Below are positions 8,356 to 18,182 of a DNA stretch of 64,000 bases, piece after piece. A program made the position numbers and the translations under genes. The DNA comes from an uncultured Planctomycetia bacterium. GTDB taxonomy: Bacteria; Omnitrophota; Gorgyraeia; Velamenicoccales; Velamenicoccaceae. The notes beneath the pieces are model-generated. The model was given only the letters and a program-made list of their open reading frames with translations, was not told the origin of the DNA and searched no databases. Numbering within the stretch: the first letter of the stretch is position 1; each line of letters begins with the position of its first letter. The stretch covers positions 20,879 to 84,878 of the forward strand of contig CAYYFL010000008.1 of the NCBI GenBank assembly GCA_964471325.1, given 5' to 3'.

Positions 8356-11349
8356 ATGAAGATAAAATTTAACAAACCCCTTTTGGCTGCGATTCTTCTG
8401 TTTTTGGCCGCGGGGACGGTGTTGACCGGATGGGTTTTCCGCATCGAAGACAGGCGCATGCGCGAAGATTTCATGGTCGGGGCGCGCATCTTGAGGAGCG
8501 CCATCGACCCTTGGCGCATTTTGCGTTTAAGCGGTTCCGAAGCCGACCTTGTTTCTCCCGATTATCAGCGCCTGAAGGAACAATTGAGCCTGGCGCGTTT
8601 CTCCAACCCCGAATGTCGTTTCACCTACCTGATGGGCCGGCGGCCGGACGGTCAAGTCTTTTTCTTCGTAGATTCGGAACCGCCTAGTTCAAAGGATTAT
8701 TCGCCTCCCGGCCAGATCTATACAGAAATCTCTAGGCCCATGCAGGATGTCTTTGTGACCGGCAAGGAAGTTGTCGTAGGGCCGGCATCGGACCGGTGGG
8801 GGCGATGGGTCAGCGCGGCGGTCCCGATCGTCCATCCGGAAACAGGCAAGATCATTGCCGTGCTCGGCGTGGATATTGCGGCGCGTCACTGGACAGCGCT
8901 TATCATCTATCATTCCCTTCCTCCAGCGATCGTTACCCTATTGCTCTTCATGATAGTGGGGGCATTTTTGCTCATCCAACAGAGGGATAGGCTGGAAAAG
9001 ATGCGGCTTTTGGCCTCGCGGATGGCGTTGCAGCAGAGCACGGAAAACTTCCAGAAGCTGTTTGAGAATATGGCCGACGGCATGGCCATCTTTCGGGCGG
9101 TCGAGGAGGGGCGGAATTTTGTCTTTGTTAATCTGAATAAGGCAGGAGAGAAGATATCGCAGGTGAAACGGCAAGGCATTATCGGCAAAAAGATCACTGA
9201 GGTGTTTCCTGCCGCGGCAGATATCGGTCTCTTGGAGGTCTTGCGCCGGGTCTGGAGCAGCGGCGCATCGGAATATCTCCCCGGCACCCTCTATAAAGAC
9301 CAGCGGATCGAGCATTGGACTGAGAATTATATCTTAAGATTGCCGTCGGGCCTTGTGGTGTCGATCTATTCTAATATTCCCAAACGCAGGCAGATCGACG
9401 AGGAGATCAAGAGTCTGGCAAAGTTCCTTGACGAGAGCCCCCGTCCGATCTTGCGCATTTCCGTCGACGGCAGATTGCTTTTCGTCAACCGGGCCGGCCT
9501 GGATCAACTGGCGGACTGGCGCTTGCAAATGGCGCAGCTGGCGCCGCTTCACTTAAGGGACCTGGCGTTCAAGGCATTAGAGACCGGTTTGGGCCAGCAT
9601 GTCGATATTCCTTACGGCCAACAGGTATATTCTTTTTATGTGACGCCGGTCGGCGGATCCGGCTACGCCAATCTTTACGGCATTGACATCACTAGGCGCA
9701 AAAGGATGGAAGAGGAGTTAAAACGAAAGACCGAATTCCTGGAAGCCCAGACAGAAGCGTCCCTGGATGGACTGCTTGTCGTTGATGAAAACGGACAGAG
9801 ATCTCTAACGAATAAACGGTTGCTTAAGCTATGGCAGGTGCCGCAGGCCGTTGTCACCGATAAGAATGACGCGGCACTTTTGCAATTCGCGGCGAGCAGG
9901 GTGAAGAATCCCAAGGAATTTTTGGCCCAGGTCGATTATCTTTATGCCCACAGGAGCGAAACAAGCAAGGACGAAGTCGAGTTTAAGGACGGGATGATTT
10001 TTGAGAGATATTCTTCGCCCGTCATAGATAAGAATGGAAAATACTTCGGGCGTATCTGGACATTCCGCGATATCACCGAGCGCAAACAGGCGGAAAGGAA
10101 GATCCTGGAATACACCAAGCGTCTGGGGTATTTGACGAAGTATGCCAACGATCTGATCATCTTGCTTGACGAGAATTTTAACATTCTGGAAGTCAACGAG
10201 CGCGCCGAGGATGTTTATGGCTATAGTCGCGATGATCTGGTCGGGAAGCATGCGACTTTTTTGCGCGCATCTGAAGTCCAGGAGGCGTTCAGCCGACAGA
10301 TTGCGCCGGTCCATGAGGGAGGTTGTGTTCTTTTTGAAACGGTGCATGTGCGCAAGAGCGGGGAAAAATTTCCGGTCGAGATCAGCGTCAATGCCTTTGA
10401 TGCCGACAAGAAGAGGTTTTATTTGGCCGTCATCCGCGATATCACCGACCGCAAGAAAGCCGAAGAAAAGCTGAGCCAGGCCCTGGCAGAAGAGATTAAG
10501 CTCCGTGAAATGACCACAAGCATGCTGGAAGATAACAAGCAGATCAGGGAGAGGTTGGAAAAGAGCCTGGAAAAATTAAAAGAGGCCCAGGCCCAGCTTG
10601 TCCAGGCCGAGAAGATGGAGGCCATAGGCAGGATGGCTTCCGGCATCGCGCACGAGGTTAAAAATCCCCTCGGGATCATCCTCCAGGGGATCAATTACCT
10701 TGAGGGGAAGCTGACGGCCGTAGAAGATGGCAACCGCGAGATACTCCAAATGATGAAAAGCAGCGTCAAGAGGGCCGACGGTATCGTGCGCGCGCTTCTT
10801 GATTTTTCCAGGGCCGAAGAATTAAAGCTGGAACGGCAGGATATCAACGTTGTCATTGAGAGCGCCCTTGAGTTGACGAGACATAGGCTCAAGCTTCTTG
10901 TCGTGGAGCCTGTCTGCGACTTGGAAGAGGGGCTTCCAAAAATATATCTGGATCGGGGCAAGATCGAGCAGGTTTTCGTCAATTTATTCAACAATGCCCT
11001 GGACGCCATGCCTCAAGGCGGCAAGCTTTATGTCCGTTCTTATTTGTCAGAGATGAAGATGTTTGAAAATAGAGTGGGGAGCAGAAAAGAGGACGGTTTC
11101 AGGCCGGGGGAAACAGCCCTGGCGGTAGAAATAGAAGATACCGGCACGGGAATGGATGCGGATATCTTCAGCAAGATATTCGACCCGTTCTTTACGACAA
11201 AAGACCGGTCGGAGGGGACAGGGCTGGGTCTTTCGATTGCCAAGAACATCGTCGAGATGCACAACGGCTTGATCGGCGCAGAAAGCGAAAAAGGCAAAGG
11301 AACGAAATTCACCATTCTTTTCAAAGTTTTTAGAGAAGACAGGAGATGA
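8356..11349 (+). CDS. multi-PAS sensor histidine kinase
   Basis: Two TM segments flank an extracytoplasmic domain. Several PAS-like modules each end in DIT(R/E/D)RK. H-box ASGIAHEVKNPL, N-box FNNALDAM, G-boxes IEDTGTGM and GTGLGLSI. Confidence 0.9.
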   Translation: MKIKFNKPLLAAILLFLAAGTVLTGWVFRIEDRRMREDFMVGARILRSAIDPWRILRLSGSEADLVSPDYQRLKEQLSLARFSNPECRFTYLMGRRPDGQVFFFVDSEPPSSKDYSPPGQIYTEISRPMQDVFVTGKEVVVGPASDRWGRWVSAAVPIVHPETGKIIAVLGVDIAARHWTALIIYHSLPPAIVTLLLFMIVGAFLLIQQRDRLEKMRLLASRMALQQSTENFQKLFENMADGMAIFRAVEEGRNFVFVNLNKAGEKISQVKRQGIIGKKITEVFPAAADIGLLEVLRRVWSSGASEYLPGTLYKDQRIEHWTENYILRLPSGLVVSIYSNIPKRRQIDEEIKSLAKFLDESPRPILRISVDGRLLFVNRAGLDQLADWRLQMAQLAPLHLRDLAFKALETGLGQHVDIPYGQQVYSFYVTPVGGSGYANLYGIDITRRKRMEEELKRKTEFLEAQTEASLDGLLVVDENGQRSLTNKRLLKLWQVPQAVVTDKNDAALLQFAASRVKNPKEFLAQVDYLYAHRSETSKDEVEFKDGMIFERYSSPVIDKNGKYFGRIWTFRDITERKQAERKILEYTKRLGYLTKYANDLIILLDENFNILEVNERAEDVYGYSRDDLVGKHATFLRASEVQEAFSRQIAPVHEGGCVLFETVHVRKSGEKFPVEISVNAFDADKKRFYLAVIRDITDRKKAEEKLSQALAEEIKLREMTTSMLEDNKQIRERLEKSLEKLKEAQAQLVQAEKMEAIGRMASGIAHEVKNPLGIILQGINYLEGKLTAVEDGNREILQMMKSSVKRADGIVRALLDFSRAEELKLERQDINVVIESALELTRHRLKLLVVEPVCDLEEGLPKIYLDRGKIEQVFVNLFNNALDAMPQGGKLYVRSYLSEMKMFENRVGSRKEDGFRPGETALAVEIEDTGTGMDADIFSKIFDPFFTTKDRSEGTGLGLSIAKNIVEMHNGLIGAESEKGKGTKFTILFKVFREDRR

Positions 11350-11350
11350 G

Positions 11351-11725
11351 ATGGAAAAGAAAAGAGTGATGGTCGTGGATGATGAACAGGATTTTCTTAA
11401 GATAACGAAAATCAACCTGGAGCAGACGGGCCGTTTTGAGGTCGTGACGGTATCGGATGCAACCGGCATCGTGTCTCTGGTGAAGTCTTTTTGTCCCGAC
11501 GTGATTCTTCTCGATATCCTGATGCCGAAGACAGGGGGCGTCGAGGCGTGTAAAATGCTGAGCACGGATCCTGCGGCAAAGGATATTCCCGTGATCGTGA
11601 TCTCGGCGCTTGATACAAAGAAGGATAGGCTTGCCATGAAAGAGTTGGGCGTTGTTGATTTTCTTGTAAAACCCATAGAAATGGATGAGTTGATTTCCAG
11701 AATTGAACAGGTGCTGGAGGGATGA
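11351..11725 (+). CDS. single-domain response regulator (receiver only)
   Basis: VMVVDDEQD, VILLDILMPKTGG, DFLVKPI. Starts 2 nt after the kinase stop. Confidence 0.9.
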   Translation: MEKKRVMVVDDEQDFLKITKINLEQTGRFEVVTVSDATGIVSLVKSFCPDVILLDILMPKTGGVEACKMLSTDPAAKDIPVIVISALDTKKDRLAMKELGVVDFLVKPIEMDELISRIEQVLEG

Positions 11726-12420
11726 TGGCAAAAGGACGGCCGCGGCGCCTTGAAAATCCGAAAAAAATGCAAAGATATATCACGCCTGCGGCCATGCAAC
11801 GGTTGGACCGGCTGGCCGAGGAGAAATACGGCCTTCCGTCTTTGATCCTGATGGAGAACGCCGGCCGCAGCGCCGCCGAAGCGGTAGCGCGGCTGACCAG
11901 GGGCCAGAAGAGACGGGTGGCTTGCATTTGCGGCCGCGGCAACAACGGCGGCGATGGTTTTGTCGCCTGCCGCCATCTCATGAATAAGGGTATCGGTGTC
12001 GAGGCATTCGTGATGGATGGGGCGAAGGGGTTGACGGATGACGCCCGTCTCAACAGGGACATCCTCAAGAGATGGGGTTGTCCTGTCCACCGGATCGCCA
12101 CGACCGCAGATATCCGGACCTTGCGTCGAAGCCTTAAACGTTGCGCCTGTGTCGTTGATGCTGTCTTCGGTATCGGTTTTAGGGGCGCGCCCAGACCTCC
12201 TTACGATGAGGTGATCGCCGCCGTCAATGCGTCCGGCAGACCCGTTGTTTCGCTGGATGTCCCTTCAGGTCTCGATGCGTTGACAGGGCGCGCCCCCGGC
12301 GCCTGCATCCGTGCCTCCGTGACCGTGACGTTCGGATATCCCAAAACAGGCCTTGTCCGTCACGACGGCCCTTTTTACGCGGGTCGCATCCTTGTCGCAG
12401 ACATTTCCCTGCCCCGATAG
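11722..12420 (+). CDS. nnrE: NAD(P)H-hydrate epimerase (YjeF N-terminal domain only)
   Basis: LMENAGRSAAEA, CGRGNNGGDGFV, VVDAVFGIGF and SLDVPSGLD motifs of the YjeF_N/AI-BP family. No carbohydrate-kinase (NnrD) half is present. Confidence 0.8.
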   Translation: MMAKGRPRRLENPKKMQRYITPAAMQRLDRLAEEKYGLPSLILMENAGRSAAEAVARLTRGQKRRVACICGRGNNGGDGFVACRHLMNKGIGVEAFVMDGAKGLTDDARLNRDILKRWGCPVHRIATTADIRTLRRSLKRCACVVDAVFGIGFRGAPRPPYDEVIAAVNASGRPVVSLDVPSGLDALTGRAPGACIRASVTVTFGYPKTGLVRHDGPFYAGRILVADISLPR

Positions 12421-12476
12421 TTCTCCCAGCCGGATCCAGTATTTTTCCAGGAAGGTATACCGCCTTACGGGGCATT

Positions 12477-12504
12477 TTGTTTTTCGGTGGTTCTCCTGTA
12501 TAAT
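12477..12504 (+). promoter_or_regulatory. candidate sigma70-type promoter of crcB operon
   Basis: TTGTTT (12477-12482), 16 nt spacer, then perfect TATAAT (12499-12504) preceded by TG. It lies 49 nt upstream of the crcB ATG. Confidence 0.35.
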
Positions 12505-12552
12505 GAGGACAAGTTATTTTTCATTCTTGGCCCCATTAATGAAGGATATGTC

Positions 12553-12936
12553 ATGAAGTTTTTTCTGATCGGTCTTGGCGGCGCCATCGGCACGGTCTTG
12601 CGCTACATCGTTTCCGGGTTGGATTATAAATATTCATACGGCATTTTTCCCATCAGTACCCTTGTGGTGAATCTGGCGGGTTCTTTTGTCATCGGATTCC
12701 TCTGGGGGCTTTTTGAGGGTGCAGCCATCTCTCCTCAGGTGCGCCTGTTCATTTTTATCGGCGTCCTGGGGGGATTCACGACATTTTCAACGTTCGCGCT
12801 GGAAAATTTCAATCTTTTCCGGGACAGCGAGCATCATATCGCGCTCCTGAATATTCTCATTTCCAATCTCTGTGGGATTTTTCTGGTTTTTATCGGCTAT
12901 GCCCTGGCCAGGATGTTTCTGGGCTTCTTTAAATAG
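12553..12936 (+). CDS. crcB: fluoride ion channel CrcB/FluC
   Basis: About 127 aa with four TM helices. MKFFLIGLGGAIGTVLRY and GVLGGFTTFSTF are the two conserved CrcB motifs. Confidence 0.9.
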   Translation: MKFFLIGLGGAIGTVLRYIVSGLDYKYSYGIFPISTLVVNLAGSFVIGFLWGLFEGAAISPQVRLFIFIGVLGGFTTFSTFALENFNLFRDSEHHIALLNILISNLCGIFLVFIGYALARMFLGFFK

Positions 12937-12947
12937 GAGGTTCTTCC

Positions 12948-13283
12948 ATGAAATTGCCGCAGGAAGGAATGTTATTGAGGATTTTCGTTGGGGAGAGCGA
13001 CGTGCATCAAGGGAAAGCCCTTTATGAGCAGATTGTCCTGAAGGCGCGTGAACTGAACCTGGCAGGCGCGACGGTTTTACGCGGGATCATGGGATTCGGC
13101 GCCGACAGCCGCATGCATACGGCAAAATTGTTACGGCTGTCTGAAGATCTGCCCGTCGTCATCGAGATCGTCGACACCGAAGAAAATCTCAACAAAATCC
13201 TGCCTTTTCTTGACGAGGTCGTCGTCGAAGGATTAATCACGCTGGAGAAGGTAAGGGTCATTAAATACAGGCACAAAGATTGA
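12948..13283 (+). CDS. DUF190-family (PII-like) protein commonly linked to crcB
   Basis: LLRIFVGESD...LYEQIVLKARELNLAGATVLRGIMGFG pattern of DUF190. AGGAGG RBS. Immediately downstream of crcB. Confidence 0.8.
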   Translation: MKLPQEGMLLRIFVGESDVHQGKALYEQIVLKARELNLAGATVLRGIMGFGADSRMHTAKLLRLSEDLPVVIEIVDTEENLNKILPFLDEVVVEGLITLEKVRVIKYRHKD

Positions 13284-13296
13284 ATAAGGAGGGTGT

Positions 13297-14040
13297 GTGT
13301 TTCATCATAAAATTTTTGGTTTTGCAGTTGCCGGCGCGTTATGGATGATCGCCGTGCCGTTTGTTTTTGCCGAGGAGCTTAAGCCTGCTTCAGCACCGTC
13401 GCCGGACAAGGTCATGGCCGCGTACGAAGAGACAAGCATTTCCGCCATCGAAGACCTGATGCGGGAACACGGCGTCCTTGACCGGGTTCTTCTCATATAT
13501 GAAGAGCTTTTGAGACGGATGGAGGCGGACAAGCCTTTCCCGTCCGAGACCCTTCGTTCCGCAACAGATATCATCCGGGATTTCATCCAGGATTATCACG
13601 AGAGGCTCGAGGAAAAATATGTATTCGTGAAATTCCGGTATGCGCGGGCGCTTGAGGAATTGATTGGGACGCTCCAGCGTCAGCACGAGGCGGGGCGCTT
13701 GCTGGTCAAGGATATTGTTTCCTGCGAAAACCTTCGAAGCCCGGATGAAAAAAAGAAATTGATGGCGTCGATGCGCGCATTTATCCGGATGTACCGCCCC
13801 CATAAGGCCCGTGAAGACACTGTTGTGTTCCCGACTTTCCACGCCCTGACATATCTTTCCGAATACGATATGCTGGGTGATATCTTCGAGCAGGAGGAGG
13901 TCAGGCATTTCGGGGATGGCGGTTTCGATAAGATCGTCAGCCGCGTGGAGGCCCTTGAAAAGAAGCTCGGCATTTATGATTTATCGTCATTCACACCTGT
14001 GCCGACCGCAGAGTCCCGCGGGAATGAAGAGGGGGCTTGA
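13297..14040 (+). CDS. secreted/anchored hemerythrin-like (HHE cation-binding) domain protein
   Basis: GTG start. Signal/anchor FAVAGALWMIAVPFVFA. H/E-rich helices (LMREHGVLDRVL, DYHERLEEKYVF, RPHKAREDTVVFP) resemble hemerythrin-like domains. Confidence 0.55.
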   Translation: MFHHKIFGFAVAGALWMIAVPFVFAEELKPASAPSPDKVMAAYEETSISAIEDLMREHGVLDRVLLIYEELLRRMEADKPFPSETLRSATDIIRDFIQDYHERLEEKYVFVKFRYARALEELIGTLQRQHEAGRLLVKDIVSCENLRSPDEKKKLMASMRAFIRMYRPHKAREDTVVFPTFHALTYLSEYDMLGDIFEQEEVRHFGDGGFDKIVSRVEALEKKLGIYDLSSFTPVPTAESRGNEEGA

Positions 14041-15518
14041 TGCCGGTATCCATTGAGTTCATTTTGCTCTGGGTGTCCATACTGATTTTGATCAGTATTT
14101 TTTCAAGCAAGCTTTCGGATAAGTTCGCCGTCCCGGCGTTATTGTTGTTTTTGGTCATCGGGATGCTGGCGGGATTCGAAGGTCCCGGCGGGATCTATTT
14201 CGACGATCCGTCTCTGGCGAAGACGATCGGCATCGTCGCGCTTATCTTCATTATTTTTTCAGGCGGCCTGGACACCAGCTGGAAAGAGATCCGCCCCGTG
14301 GCCTTGCCGGGTTTTTTCCTCGCGACGGCCGGCGTTTTCCTGACGGCCTTCATCGTCGGGGTCTTCTCCGTTTTTATCCTGAGATTTTCGTTGCTGGAGG
14401 GGTTATTGCTCGGCGCCATCGTTTCTTCCACGGATGCGGCGGCCGTCTTCAGCGTTTTGCGGTCCAGGCACATCAGCCTCAAGAGCCCCCTCAAGCCGCT
14501 TTTGGAGCTGGAGTCCGGCAGTAACGATCCCATGGCCGTTTTTCTGACCCTCAGCTTTATCGGCATGCTGACGGCGAAAAATACAAGCGTCGCCACCTTG
14601 GCGTCCCGGTTTGTGCTGGATATGGGCGGAGGGGCGCTTGTGGGATATGTGATGGCCAAGACGAGCGTCTGGATCATCAACCGCCTGAAATTAGAATTCG
14701 ACGGTCTCTATCCCGTTTTGACGGTTTCGCTGGTGCTCCTGACGTATTCGCTGGCTGCGCTTTTGCAATGCAACGGGTTTCTGGCGGTTTTTCTGGTCGG
14801 ATTGATCATGGGGAAGCACGAGTTCCTCAACAAAAAAATGATCATGAGGTTCCACGACGGCCTTGCCTGGCTCATGCAGATCGTGATGTTCCTGACACTG
14901 GGTCTTTTGGTTTTTCCATCCCATCTTTTACCGGTCATGGGCGCCGGCCTTTTGATTGCGATTGTCCTTATGGTTTTGGCCCGTCCCGTCAGCGTCTTGG
15001 CGTGTCTTCTGCCGTTCCCGATGGTCTTGAGAAAAAAGATCATGGTGGCGTGGGTAGGTCTCAGGGGAGCGGCGCCGATCGTCCTGGCCACCTTCCCTTT
15101 GCTTGCAGGCATTTCGCAGGCGGATACGATCTTCAACGTGGTTTTCTTTGTCGTTCTGACCTCGGTTTTGATTCAGGGGACATCCATTCCTCTTGTTTCG
15201 CGGATCCTGAATGTTGGCGCCCCCATGGCCAACAAGCGCCGCTATCCCATTGAATTCGAGAAGATAGAAGGCATCGATGCGGAATTGACCGATTTGATCG
15301 TTCCTTATGTTTCAGAAGCGGTCGGCAAACGGCTCATGGAATTACATATGCCGGGCAAGTGTCTGATTGTGCTGATTTCCCGAGGGGACAGGTATGTCAT
15401 TCCTACAGGCCAGACGGTCATTGAGGGCGGCGACGTATTGCTTGTGCTTGCCAATGAGCACGACCTGGCCGCATTGCAAAAAAAGCTGGCAAGCCTGAGG
15501 GAAGAAGACAATGCGTAG
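14040..15518 (+). CDS. K+/H+ antiporter, CPA1 family (NhaP2/CvrA-like) with C-terminal TrkA_C domain
   Basis: About 12 TM helices, with LESGSNDPMAV and GLRGAAPIVLA motifs. The C-terminal soluble domain (VGKRLMELHMP...VIEGGDVLLVLA) is typical of TrkA_C. ATG 14040 overlaps the upstream stop. Confidence 0.85.
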   Translation: MPVSIEFILLWVSILILISIFSSKLSDKFAVPALLLFLVIGMLAGFEGPGGIYFDDPSLAKTIGIVALIFIIFSGGLDTSWKEIRPVALPGFFLATAGVFLTAFIVGVFSVFILRFSLLEGLLLGAIVSSTDAAAVFSVLRSRHISLKSPLKPLLELESGSNDPMAVFLTLSFIGMLTAKNTSVATLASRFVLDMGGGALVGYVMAKTSVWIINRLKLEFDGLYPVLTVSLVLLTYSLAALLQCNGFLAVFLVGLIMGKHEFLNKKMIMRFHDGLAWLMQIVMFLTLGLLVFPSHLLPVMGAGLLIAIVLMVLARPVSVLACLLPFPMVLRKKIMVAWVGLRGAAPIVLATFPLLAGISQADTIFNVVFFVVLTSVLIQGTSIPLVSRILNVGAPMANKRRYPIEFEKIEGIDAELTDLIVPYVSEAVGKRLMELHMPGKCLIVLISRGDRYVIPTGQTVIEGGDVLLVLANEHDLAALQKKLASLREEDNA

Positions 15519-15870
15519 GCCCCGGCAGAGAGAGGGGACCCGGACGAAAAAACGAAAGTTCAAGAGGAACGGCAGATTTTTTGTCTATATCGTTGAATGC
15601 AGCGACGGTACGTATTATACGGGCTATACCCCGTGTTTGAAGAGGCGGATCGGGCTGCATAACAAAGGCAGGGGTGCCAGGTATACGCGGGACAGAAGGC
15701 CGGTGAAACTCGTCTGGCACAAGCGGTATCGGAATTTCAGGCCGGCCTTTTTGGAAGAAAAGAGGGTCAAGACCCTGACCCGCAGGCAAAAAGAGGCCCT
15801 TGTGAAGGGGCTCAGGCTGAGGGTCATTCCCAAAAAGGGCGGACGATCGGCAAGGAGGGGCCGTCGATGA
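15511..15870 (+). CDS. GIY-YIG nuclease-family protein (UPF0213-like)
   Basis: FFVYIVECSDGTYYTGYT ... RRIGLHNKG ... VKLVW is the GIY-YIG core. Confidence 0.85.
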   Translation: MRRPRQREGTRTKKRKFKRNGRFFVYIVECSDGTYYTGYTPCLKRRIGLHNKGRGARYTRDRRPVKLVWHKRYRNFRPAFLEEKRVKTLTRRQKEALVKGLRLRVIPKKGGRSARRGRR

Positions 15871-17696
15871 ATTCCAGGAAGGACCCGGATTCCCTGAAGA
15901 GATCTTTGTGCGCCGTCATGGGGCTCGCCCTTGTTTTTATCGTTTTTCGGCCTTTCTTTCATGTTCAATTTTTGAGTTTTGATGACCCCCAGTATATTAC
16001 GCAGAATCCTTTTCTGGGGGCGTTCAGTTGGCACGCGGTTAGGCGTATTTGGGGGAATTTTTATTTCGGACAGTATCAGCCTCTCGTGCACCTGACTTAT
16101 CTTTTGGAATGCCGCCTTCTTGGAAACGATCCCTTTGTCTACCGTTTCACGAACATCCTTCTGCATGTCGTCAATACAGGCTTGGTCTATGCATGGATAA
16201 GCCGGCTGACGAAGAGCCGGTTGACAGGCGCCCTGACGGCCCTGTTGTTCGGTTTGCATCCGTTACGCGTTGAGTCCGTTGTCTGGCTCAGTGCCAGAAA
16301 GGACGTTCTGTTCGGTTTTTTTTATCTTTTGGGCATGAACGCTTATCTGGCCTATGTCCGTTGCGGCCGAAAGCGTGATTATCTGTTCGCCGGAATATTT
16401 TTCTTTTTGAGCCTTTTGTCAAAACCGGCGCTGGCCGTGACGTGGCCGCTGACGGCAATTATGGTAGATGGCTACGAAGGAAGATGGAAGAAAAAGGGGT
16501 CCTGGCTCGAGAAGATCCCGTTTTTCCTTCTGGCCTCCGTCTTTATTTTTATCATATTTTCCGCGGCGCGGTCATTTCCGTTGATTGTCCTGCCGGCCCA
16601 CTCTTCCGTTGCCTTCAGGGTGGCATGCAGTTGCAGCGCGATCCTGTTGTATGCGGGCAAAATACTGTGTCCTGTCCGTTTATCGGCCGTTTACGCATGG
16701 CCGCTGGGATGGCAGATGGAGGCGGCCGCCGTTTTACTTTCCCTGTTGCTTTTGGGTCTTGCGTATGCTGTCAGGCGGCTGCCGCCTTCGAGCCGGAGGA
16801 ACATCTTTTTCGGTCTTGGCATTTTTTTGGCGGGGATCCTTCCGGCATTGCATCTGTTCGCCGCCGGCCAGACGATGTTCGCCGCGGACCGTTACACATA
16901 CATCGCGTCCATCGGGCTGAGTTATCTTGCGGCCCTGGGAGGCGTGCGGTTATTTTCGACCGGGCGCAGGTTTTTCTTTATCTGTCTGGTGACGGTTGCG
17001 GCCGGGATTTTTGCGCTGGGGGTTTTGACTTGGCAAAGGACAGCGGTATGGAAGAACAATGCCGTCTTCTGGACAGACGTTTTGGCTAAATGTCCGTTGT
17101 TCATCGACGGTTACCTTAACCGAGGGGACTATTTTGTGGAACAGAAGGATGAAGACAAAGCGCTGAAGGATTATGCTGCAGGCCTGGCGGTGACCAGCCG
17201 TTTCTTTGCAGCTGAAGAAGCCGCGGAGGCGGGAGGGTTTTCTGAACGGCAGGGTTGGTCTGATGATCCATTCCTGCAGAACGAGTCCTTTGCCATCAAG
17301 GATGCCGATCCCCGTTCGAGATTTCTTGTCAGGATGGCATTGGCCCGCGCTTTCAAGGGAGACGATGCTGCCAGCGCCGTTTTGCTCAAAAAGGCCTTGG
17401 ATTATTTCGATGGCATCGGTTATTTTCCAAACGATATCAGCCTCCAGAGTTATCTTTTGATGGGTTTTTTAAAACAGGCGGCCGGCGACCGGCAGGGGGC
17501 CGAGATCTACTACCGCAAGGCTTGGGAGATATATCCTCCTTACGCCACTGTTTTTAAGAATAGGGCGTATTTTTATATTGCGATCGGCCGTCCCGGCGAG
17601 GCGGTCGAGATGCTGCGGGGCCTGCACGTCAACACCATGGGGGTCATTCCTTTTGCGGTCTGCGGGGATGGCTTTGATGCCGGCGGCGTTGAATGA
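15867..17696 (+). CDS. polytopic membrane protein with C-terminal TPR repeats (GT-C / protein O-mannosyltransferase-like)
   Basis: More than 10 TM helices with an N-terminal FDDPQYI motif (TMTC/PMT-like), then TPR-like repeats (YLNRGDYFVEQKDEDKALKDY, GAEIYYRKAWEIYPPY). Confidence 0.6.
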   Translation: MNSRKDPDSLKRSLCAVMGLALVFIVFRPFFHVQFLSFDDPQYITQNPFLGAFSWHAVRRIWGNFYFGQYQPLVHLTYLLECRLLGNDPFVYRFTNILLHVVNTGLVYAWISRLTKSRLTGALTALLFGLHPLRVESVVWLSARKDVLFGFFYLLGMNAYLAYVRCGRKRDYLFAGIFFFLSLLSKPALAVTWPLTAIMVDGYEGRWKKKGSWLEKIPFFLLASVFIFIIFSAARSFPLIVLPAHSSVAFRVACSCSAILLYAGKILCPVRLSAVYAWPLGWQMEAAAVLLSLLLLGLAYAVRRLPPSSRRNIFFGLGIFLAGILPALHLFAAGQTMFAADRYTYIASIGLSYLAALGGVRLFSTGRRFFFICLVTVAAGIFALGVLTWQRTAVWKNNAVFWTDVLAKCPLFIDGYLNRGDYFVEQKDEDKALKDYAAGLAVTSRFFAAEEAAEAGGFSERQGWSDDPFLQNESFAIKDADPRSRFLVRMALARAFKGDDAASAVLLKKALDYFDGIGYFPNDISLQSYLLMGFLKQAAGDRQGAEIYYRKAWEIYPPYATVFKNRAYFYIAIGRPGEAVEMLRGLHVNTMGVIPFAVCGDGFDAGGVE

Positions 17697-17720
17697 TTTA
17701 GAGCGAGAGGCCAAGGAAGA

Positions 17721-18182
17721 ATGTCCAAGAGAAGCATCAAGGATATGGTGAACGCTTTGGCAAAAGTGCTTAAAGAGCATCATGCCCCGCATGAGGTCGC
17801 CCTGGGCGTCGCCATTGGCGCTTTCATTGCTGTCCTGCCTTTGTACGGTTTTCACACATTGCTTTGCGTGATTGCGGCGGTTCTCATTCCCCGCGCCAAT
17901 AAATTAGCCATACTGTTGGGTACGAATATCTCGTTGCCTCCGACCATAGCCACCATTACCTGGACGTCTTATGATATCGGCCGCCTGATCCTGGCCCACA
18001 AGCGTTACCCGCCGCTTTCCTGGGAATACGTCAGGAATTTTAATATTTCAAGGTTCAGCGAGTTCTATTACCCTTTGTTCACAGGAAGCCTCGTTTTGGG
18101 ATTGATGTGCGCCGCGGTTTTTTATGTGATCACATGGATCATCGCCAGCCGCATGGGAAGGAAGCATTCTCTTGGAAAATAA
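17721..18182 (+). CDS. DUF2062-family membrane protein
   Basis: HEVALGVAIGAFIAVLPLYGFHTLL ... LGTNISLPP pattern that I recall for DUF2062. Three TM helices. Confidence 0.6.
   Translation: MSKRSIKDMVNALAKVLKEHHAPHEVALGVAIGAFIAVLPLYGFHTLLCVIAAVLIPRANKLAILLGTNISLPPTIATITWTSYDIGRLILAHKRYPPLSWEYVRNFNISRFSEFYYPLFTGSLVLGLMCAAVFYVITWIIASRMGRKHSLGK

Noticed and set aside
12421-12552. Possible fluoride (crcB-motif) riboswitch upstream of crcB; fragments such as ACCGCC and AATGAGGAC caught my eye.
   Set aside because: I could not build the two conserved stems plus pseudoknot (GGxGAUGG...CC...AACCGCC...CUGAUGAUxCCU). The best promoter leaves only a ~45-nt 5' UTR. It needs cmscan to be certain.
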